NCBI GenBank assembly: GCA_030390025.1
Contig: CM059432.1
Coordinates: forward strand, 140,866,001 to 140,930,000
DNA: 64,000 nt
Source of the DNA: Squalus acanthias
Taxonomy: Eukaryota
Reading direction: 5' to 3'
Made by a program: the position numbers and the translations under genes. The notes beneath the pieces are model-generated. The model made no database searches, had not been told where the DNA came from, and saw only the letters and a program-made list of their open reading frames with translations. This document shows, one piece after another, positions 36,110 through 48,649 of the stretch. The stretch's first letter is position 1. Each line of letters begins with the position of its first letter.

Positions 36110-36610
36110 AGACTTTAGAAAATACGTCAAGGCCTTGGAGAGGATGCAGAGGCGATTTGCTAGAATGGTTCCAGGGATGAGGGACTTCAGTTAGGTGGAG
36201 AGACTGGAGAAGCTGGGATTGTTCTCCTTAGAGCAGAGAAGGCTAAGGGGAGATTTAATAGAGGTGTTCAAATTCATGAAGGGTTTTAATGGAGTAAACA
36301 AGGAGAAACTGTTTCCAGTGGCAGGAGGGTGGGTAACCAGAGGACACGGATTGAAGATAATTGGCTAAAGAACCAGAGGGGGAGATGAGGAGAAGATTTT
36401 TTACGCAGCGAGTTGTTGTGATCTGGAATGCGCTACCTGAAAGGGCGGTGGAAGCAGATTCAATAGTAACTTTCAAAAGGGAATTGGATGAATACTTGAA
36501 AAGGAAACATTTGCAGGGCTTTGGGGAAAGAGCAGGGAGAATGGGACTAATTGGTAGCTCTTGCAGAGAGCTAGTACAGGCCGAATAACCTCCTGTGCTG
36601 TATGATTCTA
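36110..36610 (+). mobile_element. CR1 LINE 3' end
   Basis: RLEKLGLFSLEQRRLRGDL...WNALP. Confidence 0.85.
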
Positions 36611-37197
36611 CATGAAAAACATAAAAACCTTGGGTCACAAATTCAAACCATGCGAGCAAAAATCCCGGCAGCTTCAGTTAAAGAGACAAGCACCATATAA
36701 GGACGTAGAAACATTGGAATGTTCAACAGCAGCTTATAAGTGTACATCTGTTGGAAAGATCACAATAAGATGCCAAGGTTTAGACTGGCATGGATGGGGG
36801 TGAGCGGGGAGAGATATACACATATGGAAACCTGTCAACATCCGAATGCCTGATGTGAGGATGAGAGAGAAGGGAAAGACTTCAGGCTTCTGAAACCATC
36901 TCTCTGCACATACTCCTGATTATGGAGAGCACACATTTTTTCCAATTTGCTCCAGGGACCATTCCTGTTCGCACTGAAACATCTCATTAATAAAGAGTCC
37001 AGAATTCCACAAATGTATGTTGAGGGGGAGAGGGGTGGTGGGGGGGGGGGGTGGGCGGAGAAATCAGCCAATAAAACCTCCAGTGCCTCTTCATGACAAA
37101 CTTAACGATTGTAATCAAAACTTTTATAACCCAAGTCAAAGTGGTGAAATAAAGGGTTAAAGGGGTAAACCTTTCTGGAAAGTCATGGAGTATATTT

Positions 37198-37346
37198 GGG
37201 GGAAATTTTAATCCTAACCCGCCTGTTGGGAAACTGTTGGAATCGGGAATGACACTGGTTGAAGCAAATATTGGGCGGGGCGTAAAACCGGCGTTCTACT
37301 GGATCACGTGGGATTCCCGCCCAGAGAGTTAGGTTAAATTGCCCCC
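37198..37346. mobile_element. Short Harbinger-like MITE
   Basis: Termini GGGGGAAATTTTAATCCTAAC / GTTAGGTTAAATTGCCCCC; related copy in the opposite orientation at 40316-40509. Confidence 0.62.
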
Positions 37347-37876
37347 TACCATTGCTTCAGGATTCCCACCAAAGTAGCTTGGCTTTGCTCCTTCAGAAGG
37401 GTTTTTCCAGTAATGGAACTCCACATGATGAGTGTCAGGGATCCAGAATGATCCGTGCGTTTTCAGCTTTTACCTGGCTCACTTCATTCTGCTGCGAAAT
37501 AGCCGATGGGTCCAGTCCTGCGTGCAAGGCTTTAAAATGAGTTGGTTTTGAATTTATTTCTTTCCCTAACCTGATTAGCGGGCCTTCTCCGTGTTCTTGA
37601 ATGGATCTGCCAAATCCTGGGCAAATTCAGCTCATGCCTGATCTCCATTTTGGAGGCTGTGCGCGGCCAATCGACGTTAACTGGGACGCTCTCCGTCTGA
37701 GGACTCCGAGAGATCCTCGACTTCTAACACCCACAGCATTAAAAAAATCCTTCATTTAAGGATAAAAACACTAATCTCTGTTGGATAATTTAAATATGGT
37801 CTTAATTTTCATTACAACTGCAGAAGCATCGTTCAGTAAACCCTGCCTCACCCCACTCGTCAATAGGTTGTTCTGA

Positions 37877-38392
37877 GAGTGCCGGGGTGGGGGGGAGTGT
37901 CAGGGTGGGGGAGGGGGTGAGTGTCAGGGTGGCGGGAGGGGGGAGTGTCAGGGTGGGGAGGGGGAGAGTGCCAGGGTGGGGGGAGGGGGCGAGTGTCAGG
38001 GTGGGGGAGGGGGAGAGTGCCAGGGTGGGGGGGAGGGGGAGGGGGAGTGTCAGGGTGGGGGAGGGGGTGAGTGTCAGGGTGGGGGAGGGGGAGAGTGCCA
38101 GGGTGGGGGGAGAGGGCGAGTGTCAGGGTGGGGGGAGGGGGCGAGTGCCAGGGTGGGGGAGGGGGAGAGTGCCAGGGTGGGGGAGGGGGAGAGTGTCAGG
38201 GTGGGGGGGGAGCAGAGTGTCAGGGTGGGGGAGGGGGAGCAGAGTGTCAGGGTGGGGGAGGGGGAGCAGTGTGTCAGGGTGGGGGAGGGTGGGGGGGAGC
38301 AGAGTGTCAGGGTGGGGGAGGGGGAGCAGAGTGTCAGGGTGGAGGGGCAGAGTGTGAGGGTGGGGGAGGGGGAGCAGAGTGTCAGGGTGGAG
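37877..38392. repeat. G-rich minisatellite (~21-24 bp, GAGTGTCAGGGTGGGGGAGGGG)
   Basis: About 20 visible imperfect units. Confidence 0.95.
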
Positions 38393-38668
38393 TGAGAGGA
38401 TGAAATGAGGTTTCCGCTACACTGCCAGTGAAATTACAGGGGAGCGGCTCCAAGGAAATTCCCGGCCTTGTTTTACTGGCAGGAGTTTGCAATCAAGCCC
38501 ACAGCTCTGGAATTTGGTAAATGTTCATATTTATTTCCCAGATTCCCAACCACACTTTAAAGGTTTCGCCACTGGGACAGCTTGCTGTTTATTGTAACTG
38601 GTTGGATGAGAACTAATTGAATGCTGTGATTTGAATATGGTTAGTCATAACTAAGCTTAAAATATAAT

Positions 38669-39434
38669 GGCCCTGAAATTCGCCTCTCTGGCTTGCCGCG
38701 GGGGTAAGGATCGCGCGTGCACTTACCTACCACGCCTGCCGTTGACCTCTGGGCCCACGGGAACTTCAGCTCCTGGGCTTGCTCCAAGTGCCGGCGCGCA
38801 GTGCTTGTGTATCCCAGGGGTGCAGTTAGTGCGATGCGTCCCCTGGGATCACGTGGGCCATGGAGAGCCAATGGCAGCAGACTATCTTTCATTCATAGAT
38901 TTGACAGGAAGACCTGTCAAATCTATGAATTGAAATCGGCCCCAAAAGAACAGCTAAACTTCAAATACATTTTTTTTTAAATCATCACATTTATAAAATA
39001 ACTATAAGTTAAATAAATTAACTACTTTAAACAAAAATTTAAATTTTTGAAAAAATTAAAATACTTTTTAACAGTGCTAAAAATAAACTTACCTTTCTTT
39101 AAAGTATCTAAAAAAGATAAACCTGTTGAAATTTTTTTTAATTATAATTAATTAACCACTTACCTTGTTAAAAACGGGTCCTGCACCTCCTTTTTAAAAG
39201 CGTAGGTTCTTCAATACTTACCCTCCCGGAGAAACCTGAAAAAAAAACTAAGTTTGCTGCGTGCGCGCAGCCTCTACCGCGCACAGCGGTTCACCTCTGA
39301 ACCGCTCCCTTCACCAGACCGGAAGTTCCGGTTTCCCGCGCGTGCGCAGTGCATGCAGGAAACCGGCACCTCAGGAGGCCTTACGGGTGAGTACACAGTG
39401 CGTACTCACCCGGCAAGGGCCGAAGCTTTGGCCC
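38669..39434. mobile_element. Harbinger-like MITE (~765 bp), copy 1
   Basis: Imperfect TIR GGCCCTGAAATTCG / CGAAGCTTTGGCCC; colinear with 62466-63227. Confidence 0.8.
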
Positions 39435-39639
39435 ATAAACAGGGTGCCATTGAATACACAAATCCAGGAGTGGAAACAGTCAAACCCGATTGACTAAATA
39501 TTGACTTTTTCTGGAGGTCTGAGAGTTGACTGGCCGAGCCCAGCGTGTAGAATTCTGGTTATAAGACATCGTGGGACATTTCAATGAGATTCTCCCCCTT
39601 TTTTACTGGATCTTATTGGAGTTTTATCACAAAATGTAC

Positions 39640-39983
39640 AGAAATAGAGAGAAACTATTTCCGCTGGTTGGGGATTCTAGGACTAGGGGGCATAGTCTAA
39701 AAACTAGAGCCAGACCTTTCAGGAGTGAAGTTAGGAAACACTTCTACACACGAAGGGTGGTAGAAGTTTGGAACTTTCTTCAGCAAACGGCAATTGATGC
39801 TGGGTCAATTGTTAATTTTAAAACTGAGATTGATAGATTTTTGTTAACCATAGGTATTAAGGGATATGGGGCAAAGGCGGGTAGATGGAGTTCGGTCGCA
39901 GATCAGCCATGATCTCATTGAATGGCGGAACAGGCTCGAGGGGTTAAATGGCCTCCTCCTGTTCCTATCTTCCTATCTTCCTA
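39640..39983 (+). mobile_element. CR1 LINE 3' end
   Basis: REKLFPLVGDSRTRGHSLK...FKTEIDRFL plus tail. Confidence 0.87.
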
Positions 39984-40315
39984 CGAAGCAGGTCTGCATT
40001 ATCTAATGTGGTTTACATGAAACATTATTCTAGGCAGAACATCGTTCAGGTAAAAATAGCTGACTAGTATTGGCAGATGCCACTTTCATATACATCTAGA
40101 GGGCTCTGAGACACCAAGGGACTCCTGTGATTGTACAAAAACCCTACTTAAAATTCACTGTTCACCAATAACTCCCTTCACTGCTAATCAGTGTCTTGAC
40201 AGATGCGAGCTTTCCAACTGAGAAGCGACCTTTTTTCAGGGCGAGCTAAATGTGAGCCATAATTAGCTATGAAGCAGACAGTAGTTATTTATTATCTAGC
40301 AAATAGAACTCTGGA

Positions 40316-40509
40316 GGGGGTCATTTGAAGCTAACTCTCTGGGTGGGAATCCCATGGGATCGGGGTGGGGGGTGGGGGAGGAAATGCTGGTTTTATGCCC
40401 CGCCAAATATTGACTTCAACGGAGAGTAAAATCCAGCGGGTTATAAAACCAGCGTCGCTCCCGATCCCGCCAGTTTGCCGAAGGGCGGTTTAGGTTGAAA
40501 TTGCTCCCC
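40316..40509. mobile_element. Short Harbinger-like MITE, second copy
   Basis: Reverse-complement similarity to 37198-37346 (CTAACTCTCTGGG.GGGAATCCC). Confidence 0.6.
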
Positions 40510-40568
40510 AGTTTAGTGTTTCTGCACTTAAAATAAAATGATCCAATAATTCGAATTAATGCAATGTA

Positions 40569-40974
40569 CAGGAAACTTTTGTTTATCCGGCACCCAAATA
40601 TCCGGAATTCTCGCTTAACCGGCAAAAATCATCCTCCGAAAACTCCTCTCAAATAACCGGCAATGTTGCCGAGTCGCAGTCGAGTCTCCGCGAACGCCGA
40701 GTGCTCCGAAAACTCCTCTCAAATAACCGGCAATGTTGCCGATCCCGAGTCCGAGTCCAAGTCCGCGAATGCCGATTTAGTCAGTAGGGGTAGTTTTCAA
40801 AAGTGCCACTACTCGGCCTCCTGGCGCTGTCGGAAGTATACTGCACATTTCTTGATTTATTTATTTTTCTTTGTTAAAAATAGCCTCGGTAGATATAACT
40901 CTCCGTTATCCGGTACTTTCGATAAACCGGCACCACGCCGGTCCCGTCGGTGCCGGTTAATAAAGAGTTTCCTG
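40569..40974. mobile_element. Tc1/mariner (pogo/Tigger-like) MITE
   Basis: ~26-bp TIR CAGGAAACT...CCGGCACC at both ends; TA TSD 40567-68 and 40975-76; internal ~39-bp direct duplication. Confidence 0.85.
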
Positions 40975-41112
40975 TAGATATCACGGCAAGATGGGAATTT
41001 AGTGCTAAAAAAAATTGAATTATTACAACTAACCAACGTCAAATTAAGAGTAGACTGTATTTGCGACGTCCCCATACTTTTTTATGCTGTGTTTAGCTCT
41101 CTCTGTGCACGG

Positions 41113-41362
41113 GGACAAAAGAACCAGAAGGGAGATGAGGAGATTTTTTTTTACATAGTGAGTTGCTGTGACCTGGAATTCACTGCCTGAGAGGGCGGTG
41201 GAAGCAGATTCAATAGTAACTTTCAAAAGGGAATTGGATGAATACTTTGAAGGGGAAAAATTTGCTGGGCTGTGGGGAAAGAGTAGGTTTAACTGATAGC
41301 TCCAAGAGCTAGTACAGGCACGATGGGCCAAATGGCCTCCTTCTGTGCTGTAAGATTCCATG
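41113..41362 (+). mobile_element. CR1 LINE 3' end
   Basis: Matches 36360-36610. Confidence 0.8.
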
Positions 41363-41891
41363 AGATGTTTAAAGCTACATTGGAACACCTTGGGCAGCAG
41401 CTGATAGTTCTGCACCAGTGTTTGTTAACAATTGGATTGACTGAAATTTGTTGACGTGTAACTTGCAATTTTTGCACCCTGAAAAACATCTCCAACCAAC
41501 CAGGTATGTGTTGCATGAAATAAAAATTTGAAAAAACCTACAAGGACGGGAAAGTGAAATAAAAACAGACACAACAATAGCACTGGAAGAGAGACAATTT
41601 AGATTAATGTTTGGTTGAAACTATTGGACTCTGCTGTTGACAAGGGGTGGGAAGAGCAGTCGTGACTTCAAATTCAACTCCAACATACTCAGTCGGTCAC
41701 AGAGCTGCAGCTGCTGTCTTACTACATTTTTAATTGTCTGTTGTGGCAGTTCACTATTGAGTATTTGTAAACCAATTTTCTCCTCTCCCCTCCTCTGCTG
41801 AAGGCTTCTAGCTCCATGATGCAGTTCCACCAGTGATACCTCACCCAAGGGATGCCCTTCGAGTGTGAGTGCTGCCAGGCTATATTGTTGG

Positions 41892-42250
41892 CAATCAACA
41901 TCATAAAAACAGATTATCAGATCATTATCACATCGCTGTTTGTGGGACCTTGCTGTGTGCAAATAGGTTGCATTATAACAGTGACTACACTTCCAATTGG
42001 CTGTAAAGCGCTTTGACCAGGACACCCTTACTCTTCCCCAAATAGTGCAATGGGATTGTTTACTTCCACCTGAGAGGGCAGAGGGGGCCACGGTTTAACC
42101 TCTTATCAAAAAGACGGCCCCACCAACAGTGCAGCACTCCCTCAATACTGCATTGGGAGTGTCAGCCTGGATTTTATGCTGAAGTCCCCAGAGTGGGGCT
42201 TGAACCCTGAACCGCCTGACTCAGAGGCGAGAGTGCTCCAGCTGACACCT
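41892..42250. mobile_element. Rearranged DeuSINE (3' part plus strand, 5' part minus strand)
   Basis: Segments match adjacent parts of the intact copies. Confidence 0.72.
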
Positions 42251-42752
42251 TGCGGCAGGCACGCACACTTCTGGTCTTTCTACCACCCGAATCGGAGATG
42301 TTCCCCAACAGTTTTTGTAGGAGCAGTTAGTGTCCCTTTTTAAGACAGGAAGTGATGCAATGCTGGTGTTGTAGTTTGGCACGGTTATTTATTGTTCAAG
42401 TTTCAAAAACAGCAGCAGCTTTGTTCAGCTGGACACCTGCAGGACTTAGCTAACCGCAGCAGCCGCACTATAAGCAGCATTTCACAAGGCTGTTAACAAA
42501 CGACTGCGATTGAACATTCATGCCAAGTACATTGTACTCCTCTTCAACTGATATCCCCACAATATGTTGATCTTGCATATTTACGCACTGTCTTATGTTC
42601 CCACTGTTAAATCGCTCTCCTCATCTCTGGCTTCAGTTACACACCCACAATTTATCCATGCTCTACACCGTTCCTTGATCATAGGTGTGGGGAATCTAAG
42701 GAGGAAATCCTAAGGCTTCTGCCAGTGACAATCTGCCCAGGTGTGTAGGAAA

Positions 42753-42947
42753 GCAACAACAACAACTTGTGTTTACATAGCGCCTTTGACGTAGCAAAAC
42801 ATCCCGAGGTGCTTCACAGGAGCGATTAGCAAACAAAATTTGAGACCGAGCCACACAAGGAGATATTAAGACAGGTGACCGAAAGCTTGGTCAAAGAGGG
42901 AGATTTTAAGGAGCAGCTTAAAGGAGGGGAGAGAGGCGGAGAGGTTT
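42753..42947 (-). mobile_element. L2-type LINE 3' end
   Basis: (CAA)n tail; reverse complement of ~25960-26146. Confidence 0.8.
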
Positions 42948-43289
42948 TGCGGTGCATTACATTTGGGCTACACGCACCCATTTCCACTGAAGGTGTGGAG
43001 TGTGCTGGCTGACATAATCCTCTGTAACACCTAGTTTACTCCCAATCAGCTGGTCGCTTTTAGGAGAGGACATTAGGTCAAGCACTAGCCACCAAAATAC
43101 CTCAGCTGCTTAACGATCCTCTGGGTGGCCGTTCCTAGCGTTGGCTTCAACTCCTTTACCAAGATGGTGTCTTGCGCTAAACTTGGGCTCAACCGGCATT
43201 TCAGCTTAAGGCTTCATCTTGGCCACCTCGGAGGTTCTTTAGCGCCCAAAGTATCCGGGGGGGAAATCGCCCCCCACCCTGGTGTTTTA

Positions 43290-44140
43290 TGGGTTACCAT
43301 CAGAATAAAAGATGAGAATGAAAGCTGTCGGTTGTTGTAAAAACCCAACAAGTTTACTAATCCTCTTCAGGGAAGGAAGCCTGCCACCCCTACCCAACCT
43401 AGTCTACGTGTGACTTCAGTCCCACAATATATGGTTGACTCTTAATACCATCTGAAGTGGTCTACATAGAATGACATAGAATGTTACTGCATAGAATGCT
43501 CCACACGAGCCTTCTCCAACGTCCCCCGTAAGCTGCACTGCCTCCTGCATGGCCTGCCTCCCCCACTGCATGGCCCATTCAAATTTTTGCGCATGCGTGG
43601 TATCTACAATGTGAAAGCCAGTGAACGATCTACGCAGGACCTTGCAGATGACTGCGCGGCTTAAGAGGAACATTGGCCTCCTCCCACCTTACTTCATCTC
43701 ACCCTATCAGCATATCCTTCTATTCCATTCTACCTCATGTGCTTATCTAGCTTTCCCTTAAATGCATCTGTGCTATTCACCTCAACTTATACCTGTGGTA
43801 GTGAGTTCCACATTCTCACCACTCTCTGGGTAAAGAAGCTTCTCTTGAATTCCCTATTGGATTTATTAGTGACTATCTCATATTTATGGTCCCTAGTTCT
43901 GGTCTCCCCCACAAGTGAAAACATCTTCTCTACGTTTACCCTTCATCATTGTAAAGACCTCTACTAGGTCACCCCTCAGCCTTCTCTTTTCTAGAGAAAA
44001 GAGCCCCAGCCTGTTCAGTCTTTCCTGATAGTCTAGCAAGTTGTAAAACCAATTACTGTAAATTTACCCACTACCTTCTCGAGGCAACTAGGGATGTGCA
44101 ATAAATGTGGTTTGCCCATGTCACACGTAACAATGAAAAA
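43290..44140 (+). mobile_element. Zenon-tailed SINE interrupted by a minus-strand CR1 fragment (~43466-44030)
   Basis: Body AAAACCCAAC..GTTTACTAAT..CAGGGAAGGAAG; tail GGCAACTAGGGATGTGCAATAAATG at ~44083-44107. Confidence 0.68.
43517..43675. mobile_element. hAT-type MITE, second copy, inside a CR1 3' UTR
   Basis: CAACGTCCCC / GAGGAACATTG termini; 8-bp TSD GCCTTCTC / GCCTCCTC; shares GGCCCATTCAAATTTT with 34263-34436. Confidence 0.8.
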
Positions 44141-44959
44141 ACATGCCCTGGTTCCTCATGTTAACGATACTAAAACCAGCTCCTTTATTCCATTGGTAGC
44201 ATAGTGGACCCATGAAAATATTTGAGCAATGTGATAATGGGGTCAATGACCAGATACCGCGCTCCCCATGGTCTGAACTAAACAACAGCTTCCGATAGCT
44301 CAGCTAAGTTCTGAAACTCATCACATGTGGACCCCCACATCCTACCATTTGAAGAATCCTGTTTACAATAAAAAGGAGCTGTGGGGACTATTTCAAAAGC
44401 TTCGGGTCTGGTATTTAAACCAGATCTAGATTGGGAAATCGCTAAACAACGAGCAGATTAGCATTTTAAATAGTGAGAAATGGACTTTGGACTGCACAAC
44501 ACTACTCCTTAATAGAGAATTATAGTCCTGCCCTTGGCAAGATGCATTGAGTTCAGTGAACTGAGATAAAGGTTCGATTGTAATCAAAGATTGGTTAAAC
44601 TCTACAATGGAGTCTTTATTCCAACTCATGAATTTGAGAATGCAATGGTTCTTGGATAGCAGACTGGAATACGGCATCTCTGTCGAGTGCTCCATTGACC
44701 ACAACCATCAGCAATTAGTGAATCGTAAGTAGGTGCTCTTGAAGGTTTTTGTACAGCACATTTGAAAAATTGAGAGACTTAAGAAAATATGAACATACAA
44801 AAAATGTTGGACAGGACACAGTTGTGATGCCTGATGCATCATGATAAAGACATTCCCCACCCCACACGGTAGCCATGTAATCTCCTGGGAGAGGCAAAAA
44901 TAATCCAGATTAAAAACCCAAGGTCAAGATCAAAACTCGTGCAGGAGACCACATTGACC

Positions 44960-45452
44960 ATGACTTACATTACTTGCCCACTTACCTTTTTGTATGACGT
45001 GATCTCTGCCCCAGCTTGGAATCGGCCCAGCTCTCTTTTGCAGGTATACAATGAATCAGCGCTCACCATACAAGCCAGCAACTAGTGCCATAGGTCTACT
45101 ATTCTGTGGGAAAAGAAGAATCGCCTAACATCTAACCTAGTTCTACCCTTGCGTAACTAATAAACGTGACCCCTGGTCCTCCCCAACCTATCTAGTGGAA
45201 ATAATTTGGCTATGTGAACATAATCTAATCCCTTCATTATTTTAATAGACCTCAATCAAATCCCTATGAGTCTATGATTCTCTGGAGTATATAGACCCAG
45301 CTATTTAAGCTTATCTGGGTAGCTAAGGTTTTTATTAAAACTGGGAAGCAATATTGTGGCTCTCCTCTGAACCTGTTCCAAAGCCTCCATATCAGCCACC
45401 GTGTAAGGGGACCAAAACTGGAGTCCGTATTCTCAATGCGGACTTATCAAGG
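44960..45452 (-). mobile_element. Old, diverged CR1 LINE 3' region
   Basis: Minus-strand RTRGH...GRTRLDVRRFFFSHRIVDLW. Confidence 0.7.
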
Positions 45453-45464
45453 TGTCAAGAGTTG

Positions 45465-45600
45465 CTCAGTGGGTAGCACTCTCGCCTCTTGAGTCAGAAG
45501 GACATGGGTTCAAGACTTAAGCACAAAATCCAGGCTGACACTCCCGGTGCAGTATTGAGGGAGTGCTGCACTGTCAGAGGTGCCGTCTTTCGGATGAGAC
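45465..45600 (+). mobile_element. DeuSINE 5' fragment
   Basis: GCTCAGTGGGTAGCACT head plus start of core. Confidence 0.78.
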
Positions 45601-45914
45601 CCATCTCATTCAGCAGCACCTCTGCTTTGCCATTCACCAAATAATGGGGTGGGGGCCTTTGGTCCCGGCACCAGAGATTCCCTTTCCTGCCTCCTTCAAT
45701 TTCTGGCCAGCCACAGAGTTGTGCCAGCTTCCATCAGCATTATTTTATCTGACGGTAATTTTTAGCCATTTACAGTGGGGGTTTCTCTATAAGTGGCCAC
45801 ATCCCCTTTAATTTGGCAGCCGCAGCTCTTTAAGAGCTGCAGCTGCACTGGATTTTCCAATTGAGTGAGTTCCAGGCGGCAGGCCAACATTCAAGCCAGG
45901 AGCTCGCACTGAAT

Positions 45915-46408
45915 ATAGACAGCACAGAAGGAGGCTATTCGGCCCATCGTGCCTGTGCTGGCTCTTTGAAAGAGCTGTCCAATTAGTCCCACTCTTTCCT
46001 CAGAGCCCTGCAAATTCTTCCTTTTCAAGTATTTATCCAATTCTCCACTGAAAGTTATTATTGAATCTGCTTCCACCACCCTTTCAGGCAGGGCACTCCA
46101 GATCATAACCACTCATACAATCATAGAATCGTACAGCACAGAAGGAGGCCATTTGGCCCATCGTGCCTGTGCTGGCTCTTTGAAAGAGCCGTCGTGCTTA
46201 GTGTAAAAGTTGCTGCATAAAAAATGTTCCCTTGTCGCCTCTGGTACTTTTGCCAATCACCTTAAATCTGTGTCCTCTGGTTACCGACCCTTCAGCCACT
46301 GGAAACAGTTTCTCCTTATTTGCTCCATCAAAACCCCTCATCGTTGTTGACACCTCTATTAAATCTCCCCTTAACCTGCTCTGCTCTAAGGAGAACAATC
46401 CCAGCTTC
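45915..46408 (-). mobile_element. Two adjacent CR1 3' fragments
   Basis: Tail occurs twice (45915, 46120); FSLEQSRLRGDLIE. Confidence 0.8.
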
Positions 46409-46929
46409 GATGGGAATATAAAATTCTACCAAACACGGAGGATCAATGGTTTCTAGCTTGTGCAAGCACCAGTCCCACAATCCAAGCACCGGCACTGTAG
46501 CAGAATATCTACCCTCGAGTACGTGACGTTAAAGAAAGCAGCAAGTTGTTGAGCGGAGCAGAATTGGTGTATTTTATTTTTTTGCAGTAGGTCATTGAGC
46601 TCTGCCAAAGGAAACATTGTGTGGATGTGCTGAATGCCACCAAAACTATCTGGACTTTGTTTCATGGGTCTGACCAACTGGCCAGAAGTTGGGCAAGTAC
46701 TGTTGTGTAAATATAGATATAGAAAAGGTTCGGTTGATGTAACACTCAGACAGAAAGTCCAAACACTTATATGTTCCAACAGTCAAAGATAAAACTGGTA
46801 AATAACACTAGGCAAAATAAACAACCTAAATAGTAATGAACTTTGTTGTTCAATGTTGTATCTAGCTGTGGTTAGATTTGAACTTACCTGCTCCAAAATC
46901 AATGGGTAATGCACCTTCCTTTAAGTCAT

Positions 46930-47150
46930 GAGCCATTAGACTAGAAAGACCGCATGTTTGATCCTGGGTCGGTGCTGAGTTAGGTGATCTCAGGACAACT
47001 GACAGAGTGGGGCTACACTTGACCTGAGCGGCCTTGGATTAGGTATTGGACGGAAAAACCAACCAGGGTTTCAACTCCTGCCGCTCCTGCTACAAAGTGC
47101 ATGTGCGTGGACTCCAGTGAGGGGCGGGGATCGGACTTGGCTACGGTGTC
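46930..47150 (+). mobile_element. Diverged LF-SINE-like repeat
   Basis: GTTTGATCCTGGGTCGGTGCTGAGTTAGGTGATCTCAG...CCAGGGTT...AAAGTGCATGTG resembles the recalled LF-SINE consensus. Confidence 0.55.
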
Positions 47151-47244
47151 CTTCACATTCAGAACCTTAGATTGGGAGCTCGGGATTGCGAGGAATCAGG
47201 AATAGGAAGTGCCCTTTTAGCAGTCTGTGAAGTTGCTAACATAA

Positions 47245-47620
47245 AGAAAGAAAGACAGACTTGCATTTCTATAGCGCCTTTCACGACCACCAGATGTCTC
47301 AGAGCGCTTTACAGCCAATGAAGTACTTTTGAAGTGTAGTCACTGTTGTAATGTGGGAAATGCGGCAGCCAATTTGCGCACAGCAAGCTCCCACAAATAG
47401 CAATGTGATAATGGCCAGATAATCTGTTTTTTCTTTATGTTGGTTGAGGGATAAATATTGGCCAGGACACCGGGGATAACTCCCCTGCTCTTCTTCGAAA
47501 TAGTGCCCTGGGATCTTTTACGTCCACCTGAGAGGGCAGACGGGGCCTCGGTATAACGTCTCATCCGAAAGACGGCACCTCTGACAGTGCAGCACTCCCT
47601 CAGCGCTGCACTGGAGTGTC
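47245..47620 (-). mobile_element. DeuSINE
   Basis: Core and tail match other copies. Confidence 0.85.
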
Positions 47621-48649
47621 AACATACCACAGCACTGTGACACCCTTCAGATAACGGGCACTCGCTTGTGTCAATCAGCGGTTTTTCATTAATGCTGGTT
47701 GTTGAAGGTATGCAGTGTGAGATGGGTCATCTGCTAGCAGTGCATTCCAGCACTGGGTGGAACGTTGGTCAGCAAGGGAGCAGACAGATGTAGGGGATGT
47801 AGTCTGTTCCGATTGGGATCAGCTCTGTTTATGTTCAGTTTTATGCCTACATTTGTATTTAATTTCATTGCCTGTAGCGTAACTCATAAGGCAACTGTTG
47901 GTGTCATGTTCTGTTTTTTTTTTATTACTTTGGTTAGCACTCTCTTTGGTACTGTGTCTCGCTCTCACACTTTCTCCTACATGTTCAGATTGCCTTACTC
48001 TGTGCGTCTCTCATTTTTTCACTCTCGTTTAGATTTGAATCTGTCCCAGTTTAGGTCTGCTGCATCCGATGTATATTTTTTTTGTTGCAATTTGGCATAT
48101 TTTATGCGCTTTCGTGCATTCTGGTGTTCCATTGTAAATGTGGTGAGAGACCTCCTTACGGTGTTGGCTGCTCCTGTACGAGAAACCTTCATGCGGAACT
48201 GAAAATCAGGCCGTGCCTATGATGGGGGGCCAATCTGTTACGCGCTGGGCGGCAAATTGAAAATCTACCCCCACGGTTTCACGCTGTCCGACACGCTCCT
48301 TTAATTCAGATGACTCCCCTTTAAAACCGCCAATAGGTTAAGGGAGGTGGACATCAAAGTAATCAAACTAATTCTGCGGCATTTACAGCGGGGGGGGGAG
48401 GCGGTCAGAACCTTGGTGCAGCTGGAGGCTCGGAAGCAAATTGAGGCGTCAGCCGTACATCTAAATGAGCCAACAGGCTGGATAATAACAGCCTGAAGCA
48501 AACAGGAAACTGTGGTCCAGTTATAAGGATGGCGCTGTCATTAAACTTAAATTGAAGTGCCAACTTTCAACGAGTTTGCTTCCTTGCAACAAGAGAATTC
48601 CTGTAGCTTTCTGGAGTTTTGCATACTCGTCGGCAGATCGCAAACACTG

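Noticed and set aside
37887..38403. Gly-rich ORFs in three frames
   Set aside because: Translations of the G-rich minisatellite
47765..48202. 145-aa hydrophobic ORF
   Set aside because: Non-ATG start, T-rich composition, no recognisable family
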